A DNA stretch of 64,000 nucleotides, from IMG/VR virus record IMGVR_UViG_3300031576_000004, positions 32,001-96,000 of that record; one strand, written 5' to 3'. This DNA is from a virus. Each line of letters opens with the position of its first letter. Position 1 is the first letter of the stretch. Below, in pieces: positions 23,024-35,043 of the stretch. The position numbers and the translations under genes were made by a program. Below the pieces are notes generated by a model, which ran no database searches, was not told where the DNA came from, and saw nothing but the letters and a program-made list of their open reading frames with translations.

Positions 23024-25775
23024 TAATGCAGATTACGACTCAGGAAAAGAAAGATCTCAACGCGGCCCTTAAACAGATCAACGATGTCCTAGGATGGGAC
23101 TTCGGCGCTTTCTGTGGAGACGAGGATCTGCTGTATCACCAGAAGGCGTCCAGCGCCGCTGCGTCAATCGATGGCCTTATCAAGACAGCAACGGTAATTC
23201 CATAATGGCTAAAAAGAAAGCCAAACGTAAGCGTGAATGCAAACACCCCGAAAGCAAACGGAACTATCTACTTCTCTCTTACATCTGCAACGGATGTGGA
23301 CAACACATTAAGATGACCAGAGAAGAAATGGGAAGATCACATGCGGCGCTTCCAAGAAAGAGGACAAACAGAATATGAAATACACCATGCACAATAAGAA
23401 GCATCCTGACTCTAAGCGAGTCAAGAAGCTAATGGAGAACGTGCATTTCTGGGCTCCTAATGATAAGGGTCTAGAGTCCATTCTCTTGTCTCTGTGCACT
23501 GAAATCAGACTTGAACAGCATCTCCAAAGCGTCGCAGACGTCAAGGCCAAAGTTATGAAGATGGCGAGGACAAATGCATCCAGCCGATAGTTATTCACGC
23601 GGCACTCCAGAGCAGCAGGCTAATACGCCTCCTACCAAACATTCTGTCGGCGATGAAGACATGATGCACGAATCTCCAATGCACAATCCAGACCCTGAGA
23701 TCATTAAGATCAATTCTCTATCCCATAGAGCCATGGCCAAAATGTGGAGATTCCATCCTTCGGGACATCCATATTTCGATAGCAAGCTGCCTTATTACAA
23801 GATATTCGAGGCAAGGTTCCAGTCGCTCGGCGGAATGACGCCTGAGCTTTCAAAAGAGATTGGATGGGAGATGTAATGAAACCCGCCGGTGAAGACCTAA
23901 TGAAGCGGCAGGAATCTAAGATGGGCGGGCTCACTAAGAATATTCTCAAGGCCAAGGCTCTTGAGATTATGAATGACTGCAGCAAAAAAGACTGGGACTC
24001 ATATGGAGCTAATCCTGTAACCCAGAAGACCTATGAGATGATCTGCAAAGTCATCGACGCCATGCCAGCTAACTTACCTAGACCAGAGATCGTCCCTGAC
24101 TCTGACGGTGAATATCAGCTGGAATGGGACAACAGCACCAAAGAGCTAACCGCTCTAATCGAGATCGCCGTCGACGCCAAAGGCCGCATGGCCTGGGCTG
24201 GCACATATGAGCGGGAAAGAGCCAAAGGCAATGTCGATGGCTGGTGGCACGGAGAAGACACTCTGGATTACGACAAGATCCTGCAGAGATATGTATTCCC
24301 TCAACATCTCGTAGACAAAATCATGAGGGTGATGGGAGAACAAAAACAAGATGCCCAAGATTCCATTCGGCCGACGCAGAGCTGAGGCTTTAGGCCGAGA
24401 GGTCAACAAGCTATTCGGCATTACGACGATTACGGACTTCCCAAGAACCGTTTATTACGATGGAATGTATTTCAAATGCTCCAACTGCGGTTCTTCAGAG
24501 AATTCGTGGTCTGGAGAGCCAAAGCGCCGCATGATAGGGGCATTCAGAAAGGATTCAGGAACCACAAATGCCAAAATCTAAGCGAAGCGTATTCTCTGGG
24601 AGCTGGCTTGAAAGAGACTTCAAGAAAGAGTGCTCTGACAGATCAAAGCAGATCGACAGCCAAGACGAATACGACTGGTATTCATTAACGCTGGGATGGG
24701 CTATCGGTAAGGGCATTAAGCCTGGCGCTGCCAAGAGATTCGCGATCCATATTCGATACAATACGGGTCTTGGTTAGTGAACGTCTGGGTTGTCTCTATA
24801 GATCATAAATATGGCTCAGATGCATCTGTGCATACAACACAGCGGCTTGCTACTAAGTATGTGGCCAATTTCGCTAGAGAATGGTGGCGTGAGACTGGCC
24901 GAAATGACGATCCGGAAAAGCTTTCTGATCAGAAGGCTATCGACGTTTATTTCGAGGAAATGCAAGACCGAGAGTTCTTTAGCATCACTAAAGTCAAAGT
25001 AAATGGATTCAAAGAAAACAAAAACAAAAGGAGTGTTTAGTGTTAAAAAAGCTATGGCACAAAATCCTGTGTTTCTTTAATAAGCATGTTTCTGTTGCGG
25101 ACTCTGTACCGCAAGGATCAGACCAAAAGCCGGCCCTTCGCTGCGATTGGTGTGGGCAATATATGGACATTCCTGGCAGAGGCGCTGGTCTATGACCTGG
25201 GCACAGACTGTTGCTGAAGTTAAAAATGATCGGTATCTGAAGGAAATTCGAAAGCTTCGGCTAAAGGTGCTAAAGCTAGAAACCGCGCGCAAGCGAATGA
25301 TCTGCAATTCATGCAAGAAGATGTTTCGCGTGGGTTGTCTCGAGCCAACGCAGATCATGGAGCTTGTAGCCCTTATGAGGCAGAGTGTTAGGCCTGAAGC
25401 GCTCTATAACCACCGCGGAGTACAGATCCACGTTGATGACGGCTTTATCATGTTCGAGGCTGACAGCCGCAGCGGCAAGATCAAGAAAATCACCATCAAT
25501 AAAGAATGGAAGATTCCAAGGAGCGCCCTTGTCGAAGGGCATTACAAGGTGAAGCGATGAAGGTATGGCTTGTTATCTTTCAACACGACGACGGAACAAT
25601 GCATCCATGCATCACGGCGCACACAACCAAGGCTAAGGCCGACAAGCAGGTCATGAAAATACTGAGTGAGCTCGGCCGAGATAGCCGCTATTGGAGCCAC
25701 GAAGTGCGCGACTGCAAAGTCGATTAACCAATTTACCTCAGAGTTGTTTAATGTTTTATTTTGAGGTGAACGAGA

Positions 25776-26828
25776 ATGGAAATAGACGGAGAATATTACA
25801 GGTCACAGGAAGAGTTTGATGAGGCCCTTAGATTTGGAAAGAAAGGCGAAGCTCTTGCTTTGGCCTTGATGAGACAGCTGTTCTCTGGCGCTAAGTTCGT
25901 CGATTATTGCAACAGGACTGAGTTATCAACAGAGCCTGGCAAAACGCAGGGTGCGAGCATCTATGTTAATGGCCAAAGAAGAATAAAGTACGATTACGCC
26001 TGCGAGTTTGGAGACAAGCTATGGGATGAGGAAATCAAGACCAGAGGGGATCTCTGGCAAAACAAAACGGAAGACATGGAAGATGCCCTTTGTTTCAGCA
26101 TTCGACAGGATGAACTTGCCGAAGCGCTGAAAACAAAGGAACTTAGGAAGCGGAATGCATATTTCCATCTTGTCATCCCGTCCGGCCTGTTAACAAAGCA
26201 GCTTAAAGAGGTGGAAGCCAATCATGCCGACCTAATCAGCGAAGGAAAGGCTTCTGGTGCTCGCAGAGCAATGAAGGAGATTAAAGCTCTGAAGGTCGTC
26301 ATTGAAGATAACGGCGGAGACAGGACAGATCATCATCTGTGGTTGGACCTGGTGAAATTGCAAGATAGGCCGGTTCGAACTCATAAAAACGAGAAAACGA
26401 ATACGCCTATGTGCGACATCCAGATCACGCTATTCAGTCGAGAGCACCCTGAAAAGCAGGCGCAGGAATCTGATCAGGATCCCATAGCATCCCCAATAGA
26501 GATAAAGAACTCGAAGCATATGCCAGCTGACAAAGAAGAAACCGCTTACGCCAGGGTATATATCCCAGTGACGCTGCAAGAGGCCCTTGAGAAGAAATAT
26601 CCTGGGAAGGGGAAATACAACCGCAAGCTTGGTGAATTCTTAGTCAAACACCAAGACGAGCTTCTGCATGGTGGCCAGCATCAGCAGGCGGCGTTTGAAT
26701 CAAAAGAGACGCCGGTAGCTGCGCAAAAGAAAGACTATACAGAGAAAGACTGGGAAAATATGCGCCGGCTTCTCAAGCTTTATGATGATGCAAAAGCAGA
26801 AGGCTTTGGCCTCACAAAGCTCTCCTAG
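25776..26828 (+). CDS. Putative PD-(D/E)XK nuclease with a C-terminal ribbon-helix-helix-like segment
   Basis: GKKGE helix, KYD...EEIK motif; ARVYIPVTLQEALEK. Confidence 0.45.
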   Translation: MEIDGEYYRSQEEFDEALRFGKKGEALALALMRQLFSGAKFVDYCNRTELSTEPGKTQGASIYVNGQRRIKYDYACEFGDKLWDEEIKTRGDLWQNKTEDMEDALCFSIRQDELAEALKTKELRKRNAYFHLVIPSGLLTKQLKEVEANHADLISEGKASGARRAMKEIKALKVVIEDNGGDRTDHHLWLDLVKLQDRPVRTHKNEKTNTPMCDIQITLFSREHPEKQAQESDQDPIASPIEIKNSKHMPADKEETAYARVYIPVTLQEALEKKYPGKGKYNRKLGEFLVKHQDELLHGGQHQQAAFESKETPVAAQKKDYTEKDWENMRRLLKLYDDAKAEGFGLTKLS

Positions 26829-26889
26829 CATTCACAAAACACATTTACCATAGATTGTCCCAACCGGTTCTCAGTCCAGGAGTCTACCA

Positions 26890-27294
26890 GTGCTAACATG
26901 GGCTCAGAGGAAGATCTCTGAGAAATACAACAATACAATGAGATGGGCCGCCGAGCGGGGCCTAAACTTTGAGATATCCGAACAAGGGGTAGGCACGTTC
27001 TGGCAAAAACCTTGCCATTATTGCACGTGGTCTATCCCAACAATTGGCCTTGATCGCATTGATAATGCGAAGGGCTATGTAATCGATAACCTGGTCTCTT
27101 CCTGTCCCGTGTGCAATGGATCCAAGTTGGTGTTCTCTCAAGCAGAGTACATCAACCATTGCAGGATCGTGGCAGCAGCTCATCCAGGAGAGATCGATTA
27201 CAACATGGAAGAAGCCATGCATCGGAACTACTACCGCGTAAAGATGCAGGCGTACGAGCGGGTGACAAGCGTAAGGGTGGCCCAAAATGAGTAA
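26890..27294 (+). CDS. HNH-like endonuclease (paralog A)
   Basis: CHYC...GLDRIDNAKGYVIDNLVSSCPVCN. Confidence 0.75.
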   Translation: MLTWAQRKISEKYNNTMRWAAERGLNFEISEQGVGTFWQKPCHYCTWSIPTIGLDRIDNAKGYVIDNLVSSCPVCNGSKLVFSQAEYINHCRIVAAAHPGEIDYNMEEAMHRNYYRVKMQAYERVTSVRVAQNE

Positions 27295-27640
27295 AGCTAA
27301 TCTAGCCTTTACAGGTTACAGCAAATCTACTGTAGATTTTAATTGTCCATCTTGCGGGCACCACATAAAGCTTGATTCTTTTGCAAAAGCAGCTGAGGCG
27401 ATCGAAGATACTGGGGCTGTGGATCCGAGTACTCCAGTTTCTGTGCTCTGCAAAAATGTGACAGAATCACGCTTTAAGGCACTCTTGAAAGAAGCTTACC
27501 CGAGCGCCGCAACCCTTGGCGATGTCGCAAAAATTCAAGATGCAGATCTGCTCCATATTAAGGGATTTGGAGCGTCTTCTTTGCGTATCATTCACTCAAT
27601 TAGAGAAAGAGTATCAAGGTTTAATTCAGCAAATGCTTAG
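27287..27640 (+). CDS. Zn-ribbon plus RNA polymerase alpha-CTD-like HhH protein
   Basis: CPSC; TLGDVAKIQDADLLHIKGFGASSLRII. Confidence 0.55.
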   Translation: MSKANLAFTGYSKSTVDFNCPSCGHHIKLDSFAKAAEAIEDTGAVDPSTPVSVLCKNVTESRFKALLKEAYPSAATLGDVAKIQDADLLHIKGFGASSLRIIHSIRERVSRFNSANA

Positions 27641-28670
27641 GAATATTGATAAGAGAAGGCTTAAAAACGCCGCTGCGGCCCACATGTGGGCTCCAGAGCC
27701 CTGTAACACAGATGGTCGTTGGATATGGCATACCGATGGTAGTAAAAGAAATTTCATCTCTTCTCCAACAGAAGAAGATATCTACCAAACAGCCGGTAAG
27801 GTGCTTGCCATGGGGATCAGGAGAATGTCTGTTCTTGAAACGCTCATGAAGAAAGTCGAGAGAACTGATAAGTGCTGGAACTGGAAAGGTGGGTTATCAA
27901 AGCTATCTAGATATGGCGTAATAGATATTAGGGTTATGGCTCATAGATATTTCTATGAAACGCTCGTCGGCCCCATCCCGCATGGTCTCGTCTTGGATCA
28001 CAAATGCCATAACCGTGGGTGTGTTAATCCGGTCCATTTGAATCCTGAGACCATGGCTGAAAACTCTTTCAATTCAACTTCGTTCCCAGCGCTTAACAAA
28101 GGCAAAGAGCTATGCAAAAGGGGACATAGTGACTGGGACAATAAGATTGATTCACACGGAAGGCCATTTAGAAGATGCCGCACATGTTGGAATGATTATC
28201 GCAGAGAGCGCAGGAGAATAGAGAGAGCGGCTTTCAAAGGGCTTAGGACGTCGGAAGCGTTTTCAACTGGCCAGCTGTGCAAGAATGGGCACGACCTGTG
28301 GATTATCTCATCATGCGGCGAGAAATATTGTCGCACATGCAACAAAATTAACTCCCTGACAAGGGAGCTCCCAACAGGGCAGATGAGGCACCAGGTCATC
28401 GAAAACATGCTGCCTGTTTCTGGCAAAAACAAGGACCGGACAATTACGGTACAGGACTGGTCAATTCATCCAAATTACGACATCAAAGTAGGGATGACGG
28501 TTACGCCGACCAGAGGCCTGAGGAAAGGTCAGACGGCAGAGGTTCTCGCGACCAATATCGATGCAGATAAGATGATATCTGTCAGGTACGGAGACGGCAG
28601 ATGCTCAATCATGCAGCCGCGCAATGTTGTCCCAGTTAATTCAGAGAAACCGGAGGATCTCAATGTTTAG
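27633..28670 (+). CDS. HNH endonuclease with a C-terminal KOW/SH3-like segment
   Basis: CWNWKG...AHRYFYE..VGPIPHGLVLDHKCHNRGCVNPVHL; CKRGH and CKNGH repeats. Confidence 0.8.
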   Translation: MLRNIDKRRLKNAAAAHMWAPEPCNTDGRWIWHTDGSKRNFISSPTEEDIYQTAGKVLAMGIRRMSVLETLMKKVERTDKCWNWKGGLSKLSRYGVIDIRVMAHRYFYETLVGPIPHGLVLDHKCHNRGCVNPVHLNPETMAENSFNSTSFPALNKGKELCKRGHSDWDNKIDSHGRPFRRCRTCWNDYRRERRRIERAAFKGLRTSEAFSTGQLCKNGHDLWIISSCGEKYCRTCNKINSLTRELPTGQMRHQVIENMLPVSGKNKDRTITVQDWSIHPNYDIKVGMTVTPTRGLRKGQTAEVLATNIDADKMISVRYGDGRCSIMQPRNVVPVNSEKPEDLNV

Positions 28671-29145
28671 TCCCAAAGAGCTAAGCGTGAAAAGAGCAAC
28701 TGACGCTTTCGAGCTTTATAAAACAAGAGCGATTAAAATGGGCTGGGCTTTCGATTTAACCATCGAAGACTTCAAGGGCGCAGAAGGCAAAGCCTGCTCA
28801 TACTGTTTGGTTAAGGTTTCCATGTTAGGATTCGATAGAGTCAACAACGACAATGGTTACACGCAGGACAACGTTGTTGGCTGCTGCGGAATCTGTAATC
28901 AGTTCAAGGCCACTTTCTCGAAAGAAGAGTTCTTAAATCACTGCAGGCTTGTAGCCCTAATGAACCCTGGCTCGGTTGATTACAATTTAGAATCCTCCAT
29001 GCGCGGGAAGTATTCTAAAACGAAATGTGATGTATTTCTTGCAAGGCAACAAGCCCAGGCAGAAGAAGCGATTCCGAACATGCCTTCTAATAAGGCGAAG
29101 ATAGATAAGGCGAAGAAGGAGCGCGCAACCGTTGTTACGGCCTGA
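28663..29145 (+). CDS. HNH-like endonuclease (paralog B)
   Basis: CSYC...GFDRVNNDNGYTQDNVVGCCGICN; alignable to 26890-27294. Confidence 0.75.
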   Translation: MFSPKELSVKRATDAFELYKTRAIKMGWAFDLTIEDFKGAEGKACSYCLVKVSMLGFDRVNNDNGYTQDNVVGCCGICNQFKATFSKEEFLNHCRLVALMNPGSVDYNLESSMRGKYSKTKCDVFLARQQAQAEEAIPNMPSNKAKIDKAKKERATVVTA

Positions 29146-29563
29146 AACGCAATACCGCTTCCAAGCAATAGGGCTTGGCAGCACAACCACGAACAAAATA
29201 TAGAAAGGAACCTAGAAATGGAAATGCAACTTGAGTCGCGTATTACAGCTAGTAACGTCAAAGACCGCAGTCAGGCTGTCTGTGGCGTATTTGGCCTGGA
29301 GATGTGGGTAAAGATGGACGGAATTGAAAACGCGCTTGTCTGCACATCAGTCGGCCTGTTTAATGAGCTTTCTGGCGCACGCGAGCGTGGCGAAGCGTTG
29401 CTCTGTCTTGGATATGAAGGATTTTTGATTAAACAGGGCAAGTTCTCCAGTGTCAGGAAATCTGATCTGGCGCTAGCTGACGGCACTACTGTTGTGTACG
29501 ACTCGCTGCGCGGAATCGGATTGCAGACAGAAGCAGCCTAACACGCGTTCATTAGTCTTTAAC

Positions 29564-29630
29564 GCCACCCAGCAATCCGGCTGGGTGGCTAGTACCTAAT
29601 TGACTACCCAGTTAATTAGGTACTGTTTTT
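29564..29630. terminator. Tandem hairpins between convergent genes
   Basis: GCCACCCAGC/GCTGGGTGGC and AGTACCTAATTGACT/AGTTAATTAGGTACT stems plus a T-run. Confidence 0.65.
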
Positions 29631-29953
29631 TAGCTATGCCCCACCATCTGCAGGAGCTTCTCTTTAATCACATCGGCGTGGCACAGCTTGGGGGCGCACC
29701 AGCATACGAGCTCCATATCCTCATTGGCGGCAATTAGAGATAGCTTGTGTATTTCGTCTGATTGTTCGCTATCTGATATTGCTAGCCTGACATCAAGCCA
29801 ATGGCGATACTTATCAAGGATAAGCTCTCGCTGAGACTCATCTCGCAATACGAATGGATTGCCTAATGGATTGCCTAATGGCGAAGGACGCCCAACGTAA
29901 CAGACGTGCTTGGTCAAATACTTAGCGTTCCGCTTGTTTATAACTGTGATCAA
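29630..29953 (-). CDS. DUF4326-like protein
   Basis: YVGRPSPLGNPF...LVCWCAPKLCHADVI. Confidence 0.85.
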   Translation of the reverse strand: MITVINKRNAKYLTKHVCYVGRPSPLGNPLGNPFVLRDESQRELILDKYRHWLDVRLAISDSEQSDEIHKLSLIAANEDMELVCWCAPKLCHADVIKEKLLQMVGHS

Positions 29954-30178
29954 GGTCTCTAACTCTTCGCCGCCGCTTTTTTAGCTATCTCTACTAGCCG
30001 CGTCTTGCGAGCTTTACCCATGCTCCTGAGGTGCCGCTTCTTCTCAGCAAGAAGGCGCGACTCAGCCCATTCAAGAGCCACGAGCCCTGCGTTGGCTTCC
30101 GATATGAAGCCCTTGAACTGAAAGCCCATAACCAAGATCTTCTCTTCAAGAATAGTCACATGCCCATACTTCTTTATT

Positions 30179-31294
30179 TTAGCCAACGTTTGCTCCTGAG
30201 CCCTTCTGGCTCTGATCGAAGACCTGCTTCTGAACCTCATCCTCAATGCCTAGAGAGGCTGCATCAGCGTCCTCTTCGTTCTTCTTAAACGTCGGTCCCC
30301 AGCCCTGAATGTCTGTCTGCTCTATCTTAGTCACTCCGCCCATTGTGGCCCAGGTCTTTGTCTTGGCATCGTATGTCCTAGACATAAGAGCCAGCTCCTG
30401 CATATTGCCGTGCTGGCCAAGATCAGCGGTGTTCATAAAGTTATTGTGAAGGATATTAGCCTGGGTCTCAAGTTGCTCCAGCGTTGGCTTGCCTTTAAAT
30501 ATACCCATGGACGCCAGGATCCTGCCTGTGTCCCCTGCTCGCTCCAACCCTTCAATCTTGGACGCCCGCTCGTCGCTCTTCTGGATTCTCTTAATGTACT
30601 GGCGATATGCGTAATCGCTCATATTCTCAACATCAAAGAAATACTTCTGATGCAGCATTATGTGTGAAGTCTCAATGGCTATCTTGAACTTCTCAAACAC
30701 ATGTTCTGCAATAGTGTCTGGATTCATATTCTCTTTTAACAGCACTTCTACAAAGCACCTAACAGTCGGCTTCATGGCCATCGGGCTCTTCAGTATTAGG
30801 CTCGGTGTCCAGTAAACATCCTGAAACCCAAGGGCCTCGATCCAGTCCATATAGTGCTTAGAATTCTTCTCAACCAAATGCGGTATCTTCTTCGCATACA
30901 TATTGGCCAAAGACGGGTGCGCAAGCTTTAATGCCCTAGAAGATATTAGCCTGGTCTCTGTCGGCCCTTGAGCCCTAGGCACAGCCAGGCCCACACATTT
31001 ATTATCAACCCAGGCCCAAGAGTGATTCACCACGTACATAAAAGTCAGAAGCTTCTCGTGCGGAAGAATCTGGTCATCAGTAATAACCGTTTCAGAGTTC
31101 TTGAATATGTCCTGCTCGCCCTTCAGACGCTCAACCTCAGCTGAAGGGATCCAGATGTCCCTGCCAGCCTTGTCACTGCTATCTGCAGGATGAATAACAC
31201 CCTGTTTAATAAGCTGGTGAATCGTGTCAATCGAGAAGCCAAGAGCCTCCGCGGCCTGGCCTGAGCTGAGCAATGTTCTAAATGGCGCTTTCAT
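30179..31294 (-). CDS. Protein with an N-terminal MerR/excisionase-like HTH
   Basis: LLSSGQAAEALGFSIDTIHQLIKQG...WIPSAEVERL. Confidence 0.6.
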   Translation of the reverse strand: MKAPFRTLLSSGQAAEALGFSIDTIHQLIKQGVIHPADSSDKAGRDIWIPSAEVERLKGEQDIFKNSETVITDDQILPHEKLLTFMYVVNHSWAWVDNKCVGLAVPRAQGPTETRLISSRALKLAHPSLANMYAKKIPHLVEKNSKHYMDWIEALGFQDVYWTPSLILKSPMAMKPTVRCFVEVLLKENMNPDTIAEHVFEKFKIAIETSHIMLHQKYFFDVENMSDYAYRQYIKRIQKSDERASKIEGLERAGDTGRILASMGIFKGKPTLEQLETQANILHNNFMNTADLGQHGNMQELALMSRTYDAKTKTWATMGGVTKIEQTDIQGWGPTFKKNEEDADAASLGIEDEVQKQVFDQSQKGSGANVG

Positions 31295-33667
31295 GGTCCA
31301 ATTCTGAAGCTATTTCCGCCGCCGCAACGTCTTGATGCTTAAGGGGTAGCCACAGGATCTCACGGAAGGATGTTGTAATTGTTCCATTTTCTACTTCAAT
31401 CTACATCCATTTCCACGACTAATCAAGCTCCTTGTTCAAGGGCCAACTATGTCGTTGCTTTGCGTATTATGCTAAATGGGCCAAAAAACGGCCTGCAGCA
31501 CGTCAGAACGATCCGGTGGCTAGTCCTGGGCATCTGGGTCGTGTTGTTTGGCTAGGATGTCAAGGACGGGGCGCTGCTCATCGGCTAGGAAGACTTCCTT
31601 GGCCAGATCTGGGAGATCCATCCCAGTCTTCTCCAAGCAGCAGGTGCACACGGCATTAAAGTACCCCAGCCAGAAGATAGACTCCTGACTTACACCCCTA
31701 CTTCCACAAACCGAGCATCCAGTGCTGCCTGGTTCGGTCAATGTACGCCCTCCTCACTGCTTCATGTTATAGCACTTATAGGCGTGGATGGCAATAGGGC
31801 GTTTTCCGGTATAAGAGTATGTGAAGGCATTTGTGCTTCGGTTCTTATTTGAGAGGGGAGAATTGGCGGTGTCCTGTGGCTCATTACGAAGAAGGCGCTC
31901 GGAAGGAGTTGATCAGCCTTATCAGGGTATTGGTAGAGAAAGAGCTCTACCCAACAAAAGAGCAGGTGGATAAGGCGATCGACATTGCGTTGGACAGGAT
32001 GATTAAAGACGTGAAGCATAATATCTCACGTAATTAATCCTTTTGTCGTGCGGCGGCGGGGCAACGTTGAGCCTCGCTGCCGCATCTTATCAGTCACCAA
32101 TGTTTATTAGCTTCTATATCCAATTTAACCACACAGGAGGCATCTATGCCTAACATTTGCGGGAGCACGAGGAACCATCATAATGCACAGACAATTATTT
32201 TTGATGGATACTCTAACTGCTTTGACGTGAAAACACCGAAAGACAAGTATGACAGAAATTATGTATACGCTGCTCTGCGTTGCGCTTCATGTGGAGCATT
32301 AAAATTCCACGTTGGGTCATATACAAGTGGCTGGTTAAAAGCTGGAATAAAAATGTCGAAGCTTAGATGGAAAAAGCATTGGAGCCAAAAATGAACACGC
32401 CAACAACTCCAATCACGCACGGAGGCACAGAGCGCACATATCAATTCTGCAAATGCAGGGAATGCGGCAGAATCGAGCGCTGCACACCAGATTTCGATTT
32501 CTATACCACAGCTAGAGACGGAGACACAGGACCGCTTTATTGCGAGAGCTGCATTTACGCTGTCCACGACCGACACAAGGCAGAGGATAAAGCGCGCAAA
32601 GAGGCTGAAGGAATAAGGAATATTGGATGGAAAACATTACAACTAACAACATAGATAGGAGACCAGAATGAATTACGCCATGGCTTTGCTCGTCGGCGTT
32701 GTTATTGGCTCAGGCCTCTGCAAGCTGACGTGGCTCTATTTCGGGAAGCCATGCAGCCCGATGTGCAATGGAAATGAAAATTACCAAAAGCTCATCGATG
32801 CATGCAAATGGTCTAAATGGCTTATTGATCAGAAGGAATACAAAGAAGTGCGCGAGCGTTTAAACGCCACAGGCTGGCAAGACACAGAGATAATTTATGA
32901 GATGCTTGAAACCGCGCTTAAACAGGAGAACCCATGCACGACATAATCCAAAACTGCTGCGTCGCCATTTGCTTTGGGACCACAGCTAATATCCACAGCA
33001 ATAACGATCTTTCCATGAGCTGCTCTTTCGCGATCTTCGGATACATCCTCAGCTCTATTAGGTGTGATATCAGGGATATCAGGAGGAAGTAATGGACGTA
33101 CAAGATCTTTTCGAAAAGCACGAAGATGAATTCATCAAGTTCGACAGGGTGCCTGAGCACACACGCGTGACCAATAGGGCAGACATTAATGCCTTTATCC
33201 TGCTGGATAAGTTTGTTCCTGGAGCCACCGATATGGTGTGCTCCGCTGGGCACGATGAGATCTGGCTGGACGTAAGCCCAGATGATCTGCAGGCAGGACT
33301 CAATGCCGCCGGCCTCTCTGAGCAGGATAAAGAGAATGTGGTCATCACTCTTGCCCGCTGTGGAGTGCGCTACGACAGCGAAACTGATTCATTGGCCATG
33401 TTTGTCTAATGCATCCTCGCTATCTCCATGTTTGCGATGGACACCGGTTCCTGGGATATCACGGCATTACAGATCTGTGGTATTGCCCAGATAAGGCTGG
33501 AGACCATCTGCTAATAGCCAGATACAGCAGTGGGGTGGCTGATTTCTCGTCCTATTCTGTAAGCTCAATATCTCTGAAAGAATTCAATAACTGGAGAGAA
33601 GAGATATTCAGCCGCGTCAGAGAGATGGAGCTGACAGGGTTCTATGTCCCATAATCGCAGGAGAAAC

Positions 33668-34111
33668 ATGAAAGTCTACGAAAAAATTGCTCTGCGGGCC
33701 ATTGAGATCGAAAAGATAGACTCAGAGCATTTAGACAAAGCAGTCAGTGCCTCTCTCTTTGGTGCTCTGATGGAATATCTCGACGAAGAGAAAGCTCGCA
33801 CAGACGTCATCGCAGAACAGCTAGTCGATCTGACCGATAGGATTGAAGAGGTTGCAGATGACGTTGAGGAACTATCAGACGAGGACCTTGAACAGTCCGA
33901 AAAGGAACTCAATCTCGCTCTAGCCGTCACGGATGCCCTTAATATTGCTCTCAAATATGGACAGATAGACGGCGCACACCACAAGCTCTGGGTAATCGAT
34001 CAGATGGTCAGAGCACTCACAGGCCATAATTATGATGCCTGGGTAAAGCTGCATTGCGCCGGATCTGACGGACCAAACACACATGGCTGGGATGTTGGGA
34101 TTGCACCATAA
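33668..34111 (+). CDS. Conserved phage hypothetical protein
   Basis: YGQIDGAHHKLWVIDQMVRAL...WDVGIAP pattern. Confidence 0.55.
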   Translation: MKVYEKIALRAIEIEKIDSEHLDKAVSASLFGALMEYLDEEKARTDVIAEQLVDLTDRIEEVADDVEELSDEDLEQSEKELNLALAVTDALNIALKYGQIDGAHHKLWVIDQMVRALTGHNYDAWVKLHCAGSDGPNTHGWDVGIAP

Positions 34112-34656
34112 CAATTTAAGGAGCTAACGACATGAAACTCCCTCCAAAAGTAAAAGCCGCAATTAAGCGGTATTTCGATAACAGGAACGTGATGAGGTTC
34201 CACGGTCAGCCATGGGATAAGAAAGCAGATCTGGACAACCTGATGGCGATCCTCATGAAGACCAAAGGATTCGGCAATCTCCAGGCAGTTGCTGGAACCT
34301 TCTGGATCTCATGGAAGAATGGCATCCAGACAACCCACAGCGAGAAGAATTATTGGACCTGCAAGGTCCTGTCGCGCAGGAATAAGAAGGGCATTTTCGT
34401 TTCTGTGGACAAAGAATGGCGCAAGAGAGAGCAGGCTAATAAGATTGGGCCATACTTTGCATAAGTGCTCCAACATTACGTGCAACAATAAAGCCACAGT
34501 CGATGAGGATGCTCACCGGCTATTCGCTGGCGATAAAGATCTCACCTACGTAAGGCTCAAGTTCTGCAGGCGCTGCAGCAATATCTATGAGCATTACCAC
34601 CAAGAGCAACGCAACGATGCATATGAAGCCGGAGCTGATTCTCACGGAGACAACAA

Positions 34657-35043
34657 ATGAGGCATAACTTGCTTACGTGCTGTTCGGAATGCCCTTTCAG
34701 GCGGAACGCAATGCCTGGCTGGCTCGGACCTGACACCATCGAAGCCGTGATGCGCAAAGTCCATGGCGAAGCCGGATATACCTGCCACATGAGTGTCAGC
34801 AGTGAGCTGGCTGGATTACCAGAAGATGAGGCGATTGTTGATATAGACAATATCGAACAATGCGCTGGTGCTTTAATGCATGCGAATAAGACTCATAAGA
34901 TTTATCGCAACCCAGAGCTGCGTGAGCACCAGGAACGCGTGAAAGATATCCCGATCCTTGGCAAGGATTTCTCTGAACATCACAGTGTTTTTGGGAGGAA
35001 GCTCAAATGCAAAAGAAAAAGAAAGAAATCCTCGCGTACTTAG
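34657..35043 (+). CDS. Cys/His-rich phage protein (CxxCPF family)
   Basis: CSECPFRR..PGWLG...TCH...QCAGA. Confidence 0.55.
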   Translation: MRHNLLTCCSECPFRRNAMPGWLGPDTIEAVMRKVHGEAGYTCHMSVSSELAGLPEDEAIVDIDNIEQCAGALMHANKTHKIYRNPELREHQERVKDIPILGKDFSEHHSVFGRKLKCKRKRKKSSRT

